Origin: Phyllosticta citribraziliensis
Taxonomy: Eukaryota
Reading direction: 5' to 3'
NCBI RefSeq assembly: GCF_038025025.1
Contig: NW_027117340.1
Location: forward strand, 1,364,001 to 1,428,000
DNA: 64,000 bases
Every line of letters starts with the position of its first letter. Position 1 is the first letter of the stretch. Of the stretch, positions 12,685-25,400 are shown in pieces. A program made the position numbers and the translations under genes. The notes beneath the pieces are model-generated. The model did no database searches. It had not been told where the DNA came from and was given only the letters and a program-made list of their open reading frames with translations.

Positions 12685-13398
12685 TCACCTCCTCTCCATC
12701 GTCCCGCCAATGAACGCCCGCAGCGCCTTCCAGCGGTCCGCCGTACTCGCTGCTTCCGCCGCCGGTGGCGCCTCCGCCATGCCCACATCCTGCTGCTGTT
12801 GCTGCTGCTGTTGCTGTTGCGCCGGCACACCCTTTGCCATCTCGGCCAGATTCTGCTCGAAGCGCTGCCGCTCGCGCGCCTCGATGGCCGCCTTGCGCTT
12901 CAGGGCGCCGGGCCGGCTCTTCAAGCTGCGGTCCTTGACGAGGATGCGCGCCTGCGCGCCGGGCACGTCGACAGCAGCTGCTCCATGACCACCCTCGTCG
13001 CCGTCTCCAGCTGCTGGACTTTGTATTGTTGTTGCTGCTGCTGCATCACTGCTGTCCGGCAGCGCATCCGCCAGGGCGTCGAGCGTCGTGACGAGCTTCT
13101 TGTTCGGGCGCCGCCGCTTCTTGCCCGCGGCCGACGATCCGGGCGCCGACTTTGTGATTTTGGACAGCAGGAGCGAGTGCTTGATGGTGCGCTTGTCGCG
13201 CTTAGACGAGGCGAAGGACGGGAACGGCGTTTCTGTTACGGAAGTGGGAGTGGTGGTGGTGGATGCGGTGGTGGTAGGTTTGGACGCGGCCGACGCTTTG
13301 GAGCGCAGGGATTTGCGCTTGGTTACGGGCGCCTGTGCGGTGCGTCAGTCCAGCTGTAGAGCAGTGTAGATCACTTGAAGAAGGAGTCGCCGTACCAT
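12685..13398 (-). CDS. SLX9: Ribosome biogenesis protein Slx9-like
   Basis: Exon 1 is ATG only (13396-13398), intron 13333-13395, exon 2 is 648 nt. Motifs SKRDKRTIKHS, KKRRRPNKKLVTTLDALADALP, SLKSRPGALKRK...ERQRFEQNLAEM and C-terminal RWKALRAFIGGTME. Confidence 0.85.
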
Positions 13399-16300
13399 TG
13401 CACTTTTTAACAGAGAGGATCGCGATTTGGGGTGGTGTGAGATTCTGGGAGTGGTTCTCGTGGTACGGCTCCTGCGGTGGCCAAAGTTTTGTTCGGCAGT
13501 CGTTCGAATCTGGGGAAAATTGGACAGGGTTCATGGCACTAGTGCGGTGCTGCCCGCCGCTGGGTGGTGCACGGCCGCTGCGCGACTCTGCAGCATTGTG
13601 CCACTACATGTACTTTTGCTTCATTATTGGCTGTTGCAGATGCCAGGGTCTGAAGTTTAAGAAATGATAGATAGTTCTTGTTGGTCAATGTCAATGTCGT
13701 CATTTACGTGCAATCATCGAGCGAAGTAAAAGCAAAAGCCGAAGTTGATCACTATACGGAGTAGCTTTGCTGTGTCTTGTAACTCCATAATATAGCGGCG
13801 AGTAATCCACAGACTTGATGGCTAAACTACCGCTCTTCTATTCCTCTGCAGAGACCTTCCGATTAAGATTTTGATCTCAAGCAGATGGTATCATCGACGG
13901 AGAACACACGTGGTAGAAGCGTGGCACACGGAGGCTGTGGTTTCGACAAGACATTAACTCAGCCACGATGATACGTATAAGGCCGAAAGAAGGCGAGGAT
14001 AATCATTTTGAAAGCATTCTGAATCATAAAGGGCCTCGAACACAAAGTTTCTGAGGCGAGGAGCCCAGAAGCAAATTTCCTGTCCTCGAGCCAAGGCGCT
14101 TGCCTACCTTGTTCTTCTCAAGTCTTGCCTTTCCTGTCATCGACAGAGCATGAAGCGAATCTTTCTACGCGGCCTGGATGCGCGACGGGACCTGGCCTGC
14201 GGCGCTGTGTTCTATCACGGCCGGAACTTCTTTGCCGGAATACTACGACGTCGGTGGTGTTCCGCCAACAAAATTACAAGCACCGGCCATGAACCGCGCG
14301 ACACGAAAGAAGATCGACCGGCGGCGATGTCGGCGCAGCGTTGTAAGAGTTTTGCCGTCATTTACGCGTCGGTGAAGCGCGTCGCGTAGGCGTCGCGTCG
14401 GAATTTCGGAAAGAGGCCGAAGAGCTGCACCGTCTCGGAGCCGATGTCATGACGTGACAAGTCACAAGTTGTGTCGAAAATTGCTGGGCGTGACTTTGGC
14501 TGACGGGAAACTTCCTGCTTGGGAATGAGTAGAGGCGTCGTCCTGATTGGCGACTTCATGTCTTTTCTTTTCCCGTCTCCATGCTGTCTTTTTGGATGCC
14601 TGGTGCTGCGGTCAAATACAGAGAAACCAGAGGTGTGACAGAGGTGCGTCGGCCTCTTGTGGTCTGGTGAAGCGATACGCGCGGCCTGGAGTATCAGTTG
14701 GGTCGACTGGGGCGTATTTGGGCGGGTGAGTGAAGGTCAGGGTAAGCAGTGTCGCCACTTGGCTGTGCGTGATGTCTAGCAGTTAACAATGTCGCCGTGA
14801 TGTTTTGCTTCGCAACAGAGCCAGACACCAGTGGTTGCGAGGGCACGTGGAGTGACGGCCTTAATTGTAGATCTGACCGCTGGCGACGAAGCAAACCAAG
14901 CGTCTGTAGCCGTGGCAATGTCAATCTAACTTGCGACTAAGATTCGGTGTTGGATGTGACGGCCCTATCCCCGCAGTCAAGCCCAAGCTTCCATGCTAGA
15001 GCGAGGCATCACTTGCGCGGCACACGCGCCAGTGCTTGTGTGGCCTGTGAAGCTTTTGACAGCGTCCAAACTGGCGATCCCAGGTACCGTTGATGCACAG
15101 ATGGGACGATTATTACTCGGGTTGTTGATGGACAGATCAAGTTGCATGGCGAGCAAGAAAACAGGGACATGCAGTCCAGAAAAATTGGTACGACGGAGCA
15201 AAAAACAAGTTGGCTCGATCAGCCAGCGCTTGCACTGAATGATGCGATTCGGGCAGGAACAAAAGTCGAACGGGCTCCGGGGCATTTGCTGCAAACGATG
15301 GCGCGGTCAGCATGGCGATGGGCAGACATGCAAGGCTGCGGGTGATGAGTGGGTGTGCAGGAGGCTCCAGGCACAGCGTGGAGCGGCGGTGCATGGTGAA
15401 AGCGAAGCTTGGTTAAATTTGATTTAGCGGTGCTGGGAGGGGTTTGACGGAAAAAGCAGATGCTCAGCTGCGCGCGGCCGTGGCGACCAAGAAGGGGCAG
15501 GCAGGGCCGCGGTGGTGCGCTGACAGGACGAGGGGAGGGGGGACGAGACGAGACGAGACGAAGAGCGGTGGAGGGAAGTGGTTGGGAGAGGGATTGGAGT
15601 CGGGCGGTGGCGCGGCAACATGGAACGTGTCATGGATGATGAAGATGATGGTATAATCTTTTGCTTGGTGCTTGGTTGGGCGCAAAGTCTCGGCGGCGTC
15701 CGTCGTGGTTAGGTACGGACGGAGGGGAGACGGCGCAGCTCAGCAGCACCCCGAAGACACGAAACACCAGGTGCGTGGAATGCGGCCAAGAGAGCAACAG
15801 CGACGAAGACGGCTGGCCGCGGGGGCAGACGTGGCGGGCTGCTTGGGTCGAGGGGACATGGACGAGAGCATCCAGAGGCGCTCCGAGAGCGAGTGGGTGG
15901 GTGCCAGAGAGGAGAGGACTTTGTTCCCTCCGCTCCAGCTGCTGCAAGGTAAGGCCTCGATAAAGCCTCTGCCCTCTCTGGCACCGGCCTCACCCGGACG
16001 GAAGCTCGCCACATGCACGGAGACCGAAGGGCGGCCGAGAGGACGACGAGTGGACATGGAGCGGTGATTGTTTCTTTGGCCTCGTCGTCCAGAATACAAC
16101 GTCTGTCTGTACTCTCATCACGTACTTGGAGTCGCCCGCGAGGTGTGAGAGGAGAGCGACAGAGAGCGTCGGAGAGGCTGACTAAGTCGGACGCACGGGC
16201 CGACAGGTAGAGACGGGATTGAGACTCCTCGTCAAGGAACGAATCTAGCACCCACCAGGCGGGAGCTGCCACGGTCCAGTAGTCAACAATATGCCGGAAC

Positions 16301-16607
16301 CTAAGCCTCCCAGGCGCCGCCTCCTGCCATCGCCTATGCCCTCACCTCTTCTCTTTCTCCTCCTCCCACCACCTCCATAGTCCTCTCTCGCTCGACATCA
16401 CCACTGTCGACCAGCACCACCCCCCCTTCGAAATCCCACACTGCGCTCGGTTCACACCGTCACACCCGGGACTCACCTCACCACCCAGGAGCCCTGTGCC
16501 AGATTGCGACCGCAGGCGCCCGCCTGTCCGGCCCCAGACTCAACACCACGCCATCCCATCGCCATCCCGTCTCGCTCTTCATCCTCCACCACGACGCCGA
16601 CGACACC

Positions 16608-17497
16608 ATGGCCGCCAGGTCCAACAAGTCGCTGCTCGTCACTCTGCGTCTCGCGCCTCTGGACCTCGCCAAGTTTCCCGCCGACCAAGTCCCCCAAGCC
16701 GACGCGCGATCAAAGTCTTTGTCTTCCGCGACTCCCACCTCCACCCCGGCTGAGCAAACAACCGATCCGTCCGTGTCGCAAAACCCTCAAGACGCCCAAC
16801 CTGCACCATCCACCAACGGCTCCACTCCCATGGCCATTGACGCCAACGCCGCTCCAGCGCCACCGCTCCAGAACGGAGGCAGGAGAAAAGGCATTCCTGG
16901 CCCCAAGCCTGGCTCTAAGCGTGGAGCTGCCCTCACCGCCGACGGCATGCCAAAGCCGCGAGGCAAGCCTGGCCCCAAGAAGAAACCCAGGCTGTAAGTA
17001 AACTCTGTCCCCGAGTCTCGACAACTTCTCCCATCTCCATCATCTCGACTCTTGGAGCATCCCAGCTAACCTTGCGTCGCAGTGGAGATCTCAACGGCGA
17101 CCCCAACGGCATCAAGGGTCCTTTCGCTGGCGTCCTGCCCATCACGCAAAAGCTGGGCCCCAAGGCCAACCAAGGTGCCATCAATGCCGGCCTTCGTGCT
17201 CTCGACCGTTCTGGCAAACCATGCCGTAGATGGGAGAAGAAGGGGTTCCAGCTCAAGAGCTTCACGGGCGTGTCCTGGGAAATCCCAACCTGGCGTGCTC
17301 CCTCCAAGAAGAATACTGGCGTTGATGAGCACGGAGACGTCAAGAGCGACACGACCAGCAATAGCGAGAATCCAAAGGTCAACGAAAGCAGTGCCATGGC
17401 GAGTGAGAAGAGCAGCAGCGGCGGCAACATGGACACGCCGAACAAGCCTCTTCCCAACTTGGCCTCCTCGCCTATCCCAGAGATGACGCCGCTGTAG
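16608..17497 (+). CDS. INO80 complex subunit Ies4-like protein
   Basis: Two exons (intron 16994-17082, GTAAGT...GCTAAC...CAG). Motifs KPRGKPGPKKKPRL and LGPKANQGAINAGLRALDRSGKPCRRWEKKGFQLKSFTGVSW. Confidence 0.8.
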
Positions 17498-17940
17498 GCT
17501 TTCTTTTTGCACACTCGGTAAGTTTCATCTCCAACGCTCCCTTCACGGAAGTCTACCCGACATGTCCACGGCCGTCTCTCCTTTGACATTTGCTTTATCC
17601 ATACTCATTCTCCGCCCATTAAACAAGGCCAATTATTGACTAGCGCTCAGATCTGTAACCACGTCAAAACAGACGTTTCAAAGACTTCTCAACTGACATC
17701 TTCATTGTAATTATATCTTTTCTTTGCTCGCCTGCAAAAACGCTGGGTGGTTGCGGGGATGCGATGCATGGTTTTCGGGTCACTTAGGTTCTTTCGGGCT
17801 TCTCGGGCGAAACATGTTCAAGGTGTTTGGAGCGGGCTATAAAAAGGGTGGGAGTTTGGACGGGAGGAAAGGGGCCATGTGCAGTGATATACAGCGCGTG
17901 ACTTCCTCGGCTGGGCCAGGCAGGTACCTACGGCAGCGGT

Positions 17941-18111
17941 ACGATGACTTTTTTTTGTTCCTTTGAGATTCTTTTCGCGGTTGCGTAATGTCATCAGATG
18001 GCCCCTCAGCAAAGAAGAAAATCTCAGAGGCAGTAGACAGTGAAGCAACATTTTTCCAGGCTGTTTTGGTGGTTGTGTGCGTCGAGGCAAATAATGAACG
18101 CATGGTGCTGA
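17941..18111 (+). ncRNA. Candidate structured ncRNA (possible box C/D snoRNA)
   Basis: TATAAAAAG at 17838, C-box-like ACGATGA at 17941, long imperfect hairpin 17960-18030 and CTGA at 18108. No guide target identified. Confidence 0.3.
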
Positions 18112-18532
18112 GATGCTGGTGGCTGAAGTCGGGAACTCTCGTCATGTCAAGAGCGGAAACCGGGGGCAGCAGCTCGCTCGTCCCCGCAATCGACGCCGAC
18201 GCCCTCACCACAACGTCTGGCTACCTTGCGCCGCACCCTCCTCCAATTCTCACTCTGAAGCCATCTGCAATGCTCCCGATGATTGCTTTTGAGGCTGGCA
18301 GTGATCACGGCCGCCGTTGATTATACTGCAATCCTACCATCTCGCTACCATCGCGTCACTGCCAACAATCACCTCACGCCCGGCATATCGCACGCTTGGA
18401 GCCCATTCATAGGCCGACGGCACCGAACCCGCTGCAGTCACTTCTGCTGGTCTCTTCTAGAGCGCGCTGTCCCAGTGACGCCGCTCAGCTGCCTCTCGTT
18501 GCGGCGTTGGGTGGCATCAGGTCACTCCTCCC

Positions 18533-20892
18533 ATGACCAACCTTCCCTCTCCTCGCTCTCACGCCTCGCTCAACACCCCACCCGGCGTCGGATCAACAAT
18601 GTTTCGAAGATCATCGTACGCATCTGTCGCGGCAGGAACAGCCAACAACCGGACAAACTCGACCAACCAGCCCGCACGTTCAGGCGCCTTTGCCCATCTG
18701 CTCAATCAGCAGGCCCAGACCGGCTCCGCCACCCACAACTCTCGCGCAACCTCCCGGGACGCTTCGCGCAGCATGGACATGGACGGGCACAACTCTGGGC
18801 TGGACTCGACTAGAGTCGCCGGTGTCTTCAGCGGCGGACAGTTTGCACCTGGCTCAGAACCCTCTCCACCGGCCTTCTTCGTGCCGTCATACCTCAAGGG
18901 CTCACGATATGCCGAAAGACTTGCAGAAGGACACAGCGCGCGCATTTCCGCGCAGCGAGACGCAAAATCATCCGATACGCGCTCCTTATCGCGGAGCTCC
19001 TCCAGCGCCAACCTCCACAAGATGGTTCCCTCACATCGCGGCATGACGCATGACATTATCGAGCGAGCACCCCCGGCGACTCACCCGGACGACAGGGATA
19101 GGTCGTGGCCTACAAGATGGAGTGATGATGACAAGGCTGTTGGCTTGGAGCTGCTCCGGGACGGACTGGAAGTAAAGTGCGGCACACAGAGTAAGACTCA
19201 TGACGAGGCGTTATCGGTGAGAGCAGACCATCCCATGCCCAGGCAAAGTGGCATTTATTACTACGAAGTCACCGTCGTTGGCAAAGGCAAAGAAGGGTTA
19301 GTTCATGCACAGAGATTTGTTTGCGCACACAAAGGCTGACTGCCGCAGTTTGATCGGTATTGGATTCTCGGGTTCGAAAGTCGCTCTGCATAGATTGCCC
19401 GGCTGGGAGCCAGATTCCTGGGGTTACCACGGCGATGACGGATACAGTTTCTGCAGCACATCTTCTGGAAAGGCTTACGGTCCCAAATTTGGTACGGCAG
19501 ATGTCATAGGATGCGGCATTAATTTCAGAACGAATACTGCTTTCTTCACGAAGAACGGCGTTAGCCTCGGTGGGTAACATTCCGGCCATGGAATCGCTCT
19601 CGCTAACTCAGAATAGGTGCTGCGTTTCGAAATATCCCGGAGAAGGAGGAGTTGTTCCCCAGCATTGGCGTTAAGAAACCGGGAGAGCATTTGCGCACAA
19701 ACTTTGGACAAGATCCATTCGTTTATGACATTGATCGCGAGTTCAGGGTATGAAAATCATCGGATCTACAAAGGGCGAGCTGCTGACTTGTTGCAGAAAG
19801 AGCAGTTTGCAATCCAGCGGGAGATCAGCATGAGGAATGTTTCGAGTCTCAAGCCTGGACTTGACGAGTCGGCTCTCATCCATGAGCTCATTGCTCAGTA
19901 CCTTGCCCACGACGGATACGTCGAGACAGCACGGGCATTTGCCGCAGAGGTCCGAGAGGAATCGCGCGCGTTAGCAGGCGGAAACTCGCACGCCAAGGAC
20001 CTTGAGCCGGAAGAAGACATTGATGCGATAAACCGGCAAAGTTGGTTTCGTGACTCTAAGCGGTGATCTTTTGCTGACAGATGCTAGAAATCCGTGCCGC
20101 GATCCTTGACGGTGATATCGACAAGGCTCTCAAACTGACCAACGCATACTATCCTGTGGTCCTCCGCGAAAACGAAAACATTTACTTTCGACTTCGATGT
20201 CGAAAATTCATAGAAATGATCCGCCGCTGTACAGACGTGCAAAATTCATCGAGCAGCCCATCATATGGAAAGCCTTCCACAACCAGTAATGGACATACCA
20301 CCAACTCTGCCTACGATGACGTGTTTGACAATTCAATGGAAATTGACGACCACGCAACGATGGACGGCAGTAATCCAGCAACGGCGGGCACCGCCACGAC
20401 AAACAATGGAACAGCCGACAGCATGGACACCAGCGACTCGGACGGCGTCAAAGTCGAAAACTTGCTTGGTGAAATGCTTCAGTATGGACAAGAGTTGAAG
20501 AGTGAATTCAGTAGCGATCCGAGGCGAGAGGTAAAGCGCGAACTGGAAAACACGTTCGCCCTCATGGCCTACAGCGACCCAAGACAAAGTCCCTTGGCCT
20601 ACATGCTAGACGAGAACGGCAGGACACCAGTAGCAGAAGAGCTTAACAGTGCCATCCTGGGTAAGTGCTGGAAGACTTTCACTCCGATTACCTGAGTATT
20701 TGGTGGATGGTTGCTAACACGAGCACAGTGAGCCTCGGCAGGTCTTCGAGCGCAGCATTAGAGCAGCTCGTCAAGCAGACCGAAGCACTCGTGGATACGC
20801 TGGCCGAAGACGGCGGTCCTGGCGCCTTTATCAACGTACGCGGAGAGTACCTTGGTGCACATGAGCGCGAGATGAGGGAAAGGCGATTTTGA
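18533..20892 (+). CDS. SPRY-LisH-CTLH-CRA protein, GID/CTLH E3 ligase subunit (Gid1/Vid30, RanBP9/10-like)
   Basis: SPRY motifs GIYYYEVTV, LPGWEPDSWGYHGDDG and DVIGCGIN; LisH LIAQYLAHDGYVETARAFA; CTLH IRAAILDGDIDKAL; CRA VAEELNSAIL. Five GT-AG introns join the ORF pieces. Confidence 0.9.
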
Positions 20893-22958
20893 TTGTTTAT
20901 GCGTACTGCTCGCGCTCTTTCTGGGCATCCCGGACACTTCTCAGACAACTACCTACACATCCATACGTAGCATGGAGAGCCGGCCGCGTAATGAAGGAAC
21001 GAACGGATAGGTCAACGGCGATGTTGCTCGTGTGGAGGGGAGGCTGGCTGGCAGATAGACAGGTGCATCATGACCGGACGGACAGGAAACACTGACGACA
21101 CATGACGCGGCTTTATGGACGATGGATGGATGGCTGGATGGACGGACGAACGCATCATGGCTTGGCTTTGACTCCTCTGCAGCAACCACTTCTTTTACTC
21201 TCTTCAATCCAATCAATCAATCACATTCAATGGCTCTCCGTGTGGCACGGGTATCGACATCGTACCGCGCGGCGTTGACAATGTCAGGCACTCTTCGTCT
21301 CTCGCGAAGTGCAGGTAGACAGCCGTGTTTGGAGAATCGACATTGTCCATGTTTTCTGCTTTTCTTCATTTTCTTGATTTCCTTGCTCGTTCTCTCTTCC
21401 CCGACCATTGCTCAACACTACCGGGGTTTCCTGCCCACAGCCGCTTTACACTCTCTTTCGGTTTGTCCTCCCATCATTCCGTCTATCGCATGGCCATGGG
21501 TGGGTTGTCATTGCTGTCTATCATCTTTGCATGCATGTAGGACAGCACGGTGCTTTCGGTGCATCTGGATTCGCATGGAGCGAGTATGATTGTGGCCGAA
21601 GTCTACTGGACTCGGCTCGACTCTATCGATTGATGGAAGCGTGTAGGGAGTAGCAGAGCTGGTGCTGCTCTTGTCGATTGAGAGGGTTCTGCTGGACTTG
21701 TTCCTTGCTTGTCTGGTCTGCCGGCTGTGAGCAAGGTGGAGTACATGTGAGTTGAAAAATTAAAGCAAAGGGAGTTGGAATATCGGTTTAGCAATCAAAC
21801 GACCAGCAAGGTGGGCAGGAGGGCAGAACTCAAGAGCACCACGGATGTATGCGATTTTCCGTCTCCCTGTGATAGTTGATGTCGTTGGAGCCATCGTTAC
21901 AAACAAACAAAAAACAAAAAAAAAAAAAAAGAGCCAAGGATTGCGTTTGGTGTAAGCCAGCCACCAAAAAATGGGCCGATCAGATCCATAGACATGCCTC
22001 TTCCATGCGAGATTTGGCTGCAATTTGCCAGCTCGCGGTGATGCAGTGTTTCGTTGGTGATGCAATGTCCATCCGTTGCGGTGCTGCAAGGGCACCAACG
22101 GCACGACCCAACGCTCTGATTGGTTGGGCTGGGCTCGTACTTGCAGAGGGCAGGTCACAGCGAGCGCCAAGACATGGTGGCCACCTCGGCTGCTCGTCCG
22201 TACGTCGCTGTAATCTTTGTCGTCCTGCTTTGTCTGACGTTTGGTTCTTGGTATTTGGAGCGTTGGTTTCTTTCCCAGCATCAATCACGGGAGCCTCTCA
22301 TGTACTTGTTACTTCCTAGGTGCAATGCGGGCATCATCAAAACCTGATTAAAGCGCTGTATCTTAGCATTTCTTACCATCAACTCGCTTATTCCTCGCTG
22401 TATCCAGCTCGCCTCCGCGCCAACCTTTCCCAAAGCAGCCACCGCGCAAAAGCGTCAATCAGACAGCCCATCTCGGCGACAACTCCCTCGCCTTCACAGA
22501 TCTCGCTGTCGATGCGCATGGTACTCTCCCAAGCAAACACGCTAGCCCGCGTTGGTGTCAACCGTTGCAGCGGACAGCCCGATCATCGGGCCGCGGAAGG
22601 CGGATGCAGCAAAAGACGCAGCCATGATTCGTCGCAGCCATAAGAACGTGAGCAATAATGACTAACCCGCTTGCGCATCCCGTATTTTCGTTTCATTGTT
22701 GTTGACGGCGAGACGAGTGGGTCTGTCATCCATCCACACCCCAAGCAGGGACTGGCTTGGACTTCAGATTGGCGTGGCGGAACGAGGAGCGTTCCTTCGC
22801 CGACAGGCTACTGGGTGACCGCGTGCGTGCGGTGACCTTTTCTGCATTTTCACCGTCGACCATTGGTGGTAGCGAGCAGATCAGGGCGGAGCGGAAAGAA
22901 GCAATACCTCTCCGCTGTGTGTTTCCTAGACTTTCAGTCCCCCGGCTACAGTCTGGAA

Positions 22959-22984
22959 ACACACACACACACTCTCTCTCTCTC
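22959..22984. repeat. Compound microsatellite (AC)7(TC)6
   Basis: acacacacacacac tctctctctctc read directly, in the pyrimidine-rich region upstream of the MFS gene. Confidence 0.9.
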
Positions 22985-23455
22985 CCTCCCTCGACCTCCT
23001 CTCTGTCTTTTCTTTCTCTGTCATCCTTCCTCACCATTCTCCCCCTCCTCTTGCACCTTGCAGTGGAATCGTTTCGTCTTGTCGATTGTTCGCCCGATTT
23101 TGTTGCACTTGCATCATACGTACCTAGGCGAGCTAGCTGGGCACCATCTTTCAACCCACGTCAAGCAACCAGTTCGGAAAGACCACGATCATAGATTCTT
23201 GGCAAGAACTTCAACTTCTTTGGCGAGAGCCCCAACAGTGCTCCTCCCCGTGCTAGATACAGCCATCTGCTGCGTACGTACAGCTGCCGCCGCTGCCGCT
23301 GCCTAGTCTCCCATTCGACCGCTAACGCCCCATGCAGGCATCTGATCAGCACGCAAAGCGAGAGACGCCAAAGCACCTAGATTGGCAAAGAAACCGCGGC
23401 GACCTTTGCTTGCCTTGACAAGTCAAAATATAGAAAAAATCACGCGGCCATCACC

Positions 23456-25400
23456 ATGGCGGAAGACTCGCGTTCAACGGGCTGGTGGACGACCGTCAAG
23501 CAGACAGTCATGCAGAGCTCGGAGAGGCCGCCGTGGCTGCTTCGTTACAGATCTAGCTCGGCTTTTGTCTGTGGGAGTGTTGCGATAGCCGTATTTACAG
23601 TATGTCGAGCTGCACTTCCCCCTCCTGGGCCCCTTCTCCACCACCTTGGGGGTCTCTGGTCTTGCCTGATCATGATTATTTGTCACGTGAGGAATATGGT
23701 GCTGATTTTCAATGCCAGGACATCTTCTTGTACGCTGTCATCGTCCCCGTCATGCCGTTCGCCTTGACTGCCCGGGTAGGCATCAGTCCAGATTCGAGTA
23801 AGTGGCCTTCGACGCTTCAATCCGGGCAAAGCACATCCGCTTACATCTTTGCAGTCCAGCACTGGAACTCGATCCTCATTGCCGTTTATGGCGGTGCTCT
23901 TGTTGTTGCTTCGCGTAAGACCTCTCGTTCGGCCTCATAAGATGTGTTTCCAAAGCTGACGTGGATGCAGCGATTTGTGGATGGCTGGCAGACCGCTCCA
24001 CCAGCCGTCGCCTTCCCCTCCTCGCTGGACTCCTAGCTCTCGCGGGCAGCACCGTCATGCTCAATGTCGGCCGGACCATTGGCATATTCGTGGCTGGCCG
24101 TGTTCTGCAGGGCATCTCGGCAGCCGTTGTCTGGGTGGTAGGCCTCGCCCTAATCGTCGACACTGTCGGACAACAAGACACGGCCCAGGCCATGGGCTAC
24201 GTGAGTTTGGCGATGAGCCTGGGTATCCTGTTGGCTCCACTGCTCGGCGGCGTCGTCTATGACCGGGCAGGCTACAATGCCGTCTTCGCTATGACGTATG
24301 CCATCATCGGGCTTGACATCGTGCTTCGACTCGTCCTGGTCGAAAAGAAGATTGCAAAGAAGTGGGAGTCGCAGAACTCTGGTGAGATCGCTGAGTTGTC
24401 CATCGCTGAACAGGGCGGCGGGTACGGCGCCACAGGCGCGGCGGCACCTATCGAGGTCGCCGAGCCAAATGAAGAGAAAAAGGACTCGGATTCCATCGCC
24501 GGTCCGTCCGTGAGGAACACGTCATGTGAAGACGCTGAAAAGGCTGCCGCGGGCGACCACAAAAGAACGCAATCGCCAAATGCAACCACCACGGACAACG
24601 CTGCTGGAGCCGCCTTGACGCCGCAGCGCACAGTATCGTCCCTCCGCGCTGCGTCCACGCGCATCGGCCGCAAGCTCCCACCCACCATCACGCTCCTCTC
24701 ATCGCCACGGCTGCTCGCCGCACTCCTCGCAGCGCTCACAATGTCCATCCTCTTCGGCTCCCTCGACGCCGTCGTGCCGCTCTACACACGCGAGACGTTC
24801 CACTTCAGCTCCATCGGCGCGGGCCTCATATTCCTGCCCATCGTGATCCCGACGTTCCTGGCGCCCGTCTTCGGCTACCTCGCCGACCACACGTCGCCGC
24901 GGTACCCGACGGCCCTCGGCTTCGTCGTCGCGGCGCCCATCATGGCCTGCCTGCGCTACGTCTACCACAACAGCCTGCACCAAAAGGTCCTCATGTGCGC
25001 GCTGCTCGCCCTCTTCGGCGTCGCCCTCGCCGCCATCGCCCCGGCCGTCATGGCCGAGATCTGCTACGTCGTCGCCGCGCGCGAGGAGAAGAACCCGGGC
25101 GTCTTCGGCCCCAAGGGCGCCTACGCCCAGGCCTACGGCCTCTTCAACGTCGCCTGGGCCCTCGGCGCCCTGATTGGTCCCATCTGGGCCGGCGACGTCA
25201 AGGACGATGCCGGCTGGGGCACCGTGTGGTGGAGTTTGGCCGTGCTCAGTGTGCTGACCGCCGTGCCCGTTGCCCTGTGGTGTGGTGGGTGGATTGCGGA
25301 TGAGAGGGCGAGGAAGCGGGAGGAGCGCGAGCAGAGACTGCTGCAGCAACAGCAGCAGCAGGGAGCGCAAGAGGAGCACCGACAGGAGGTCCAGGAGTAA
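23456..25400 (+). CDS. MFS transporter (fungal SLC18/vesicular amine transporter-like)
   Basis: Spliced N-terminus RSSSAFVCGSVAIAVFT|DIFLYAVIVPVMPFAL, motif-A-like GWLADRSTSRR, GRVLQGISAAVVWVVGLALIVDTVG and GAYAQAYGLFNVAWALG. Many hydrophobic segments; 3 introns. Confidence 0.9.

Noticed and set aside
12169..13359. 396-aa plus-strand ORF
   Set aside because: Antisense shadow of GC-rich SLX9; its poly-L and poly-C runs mirror CAG/CAA repeats.
13452..13515. B-box-like GTTCGAATC with a weak A-box, suggesting a tRNA
   Set aside because: No cloverleaf could be folded; at most an isolated TFIIIC-like site in the SLX9 promoter.
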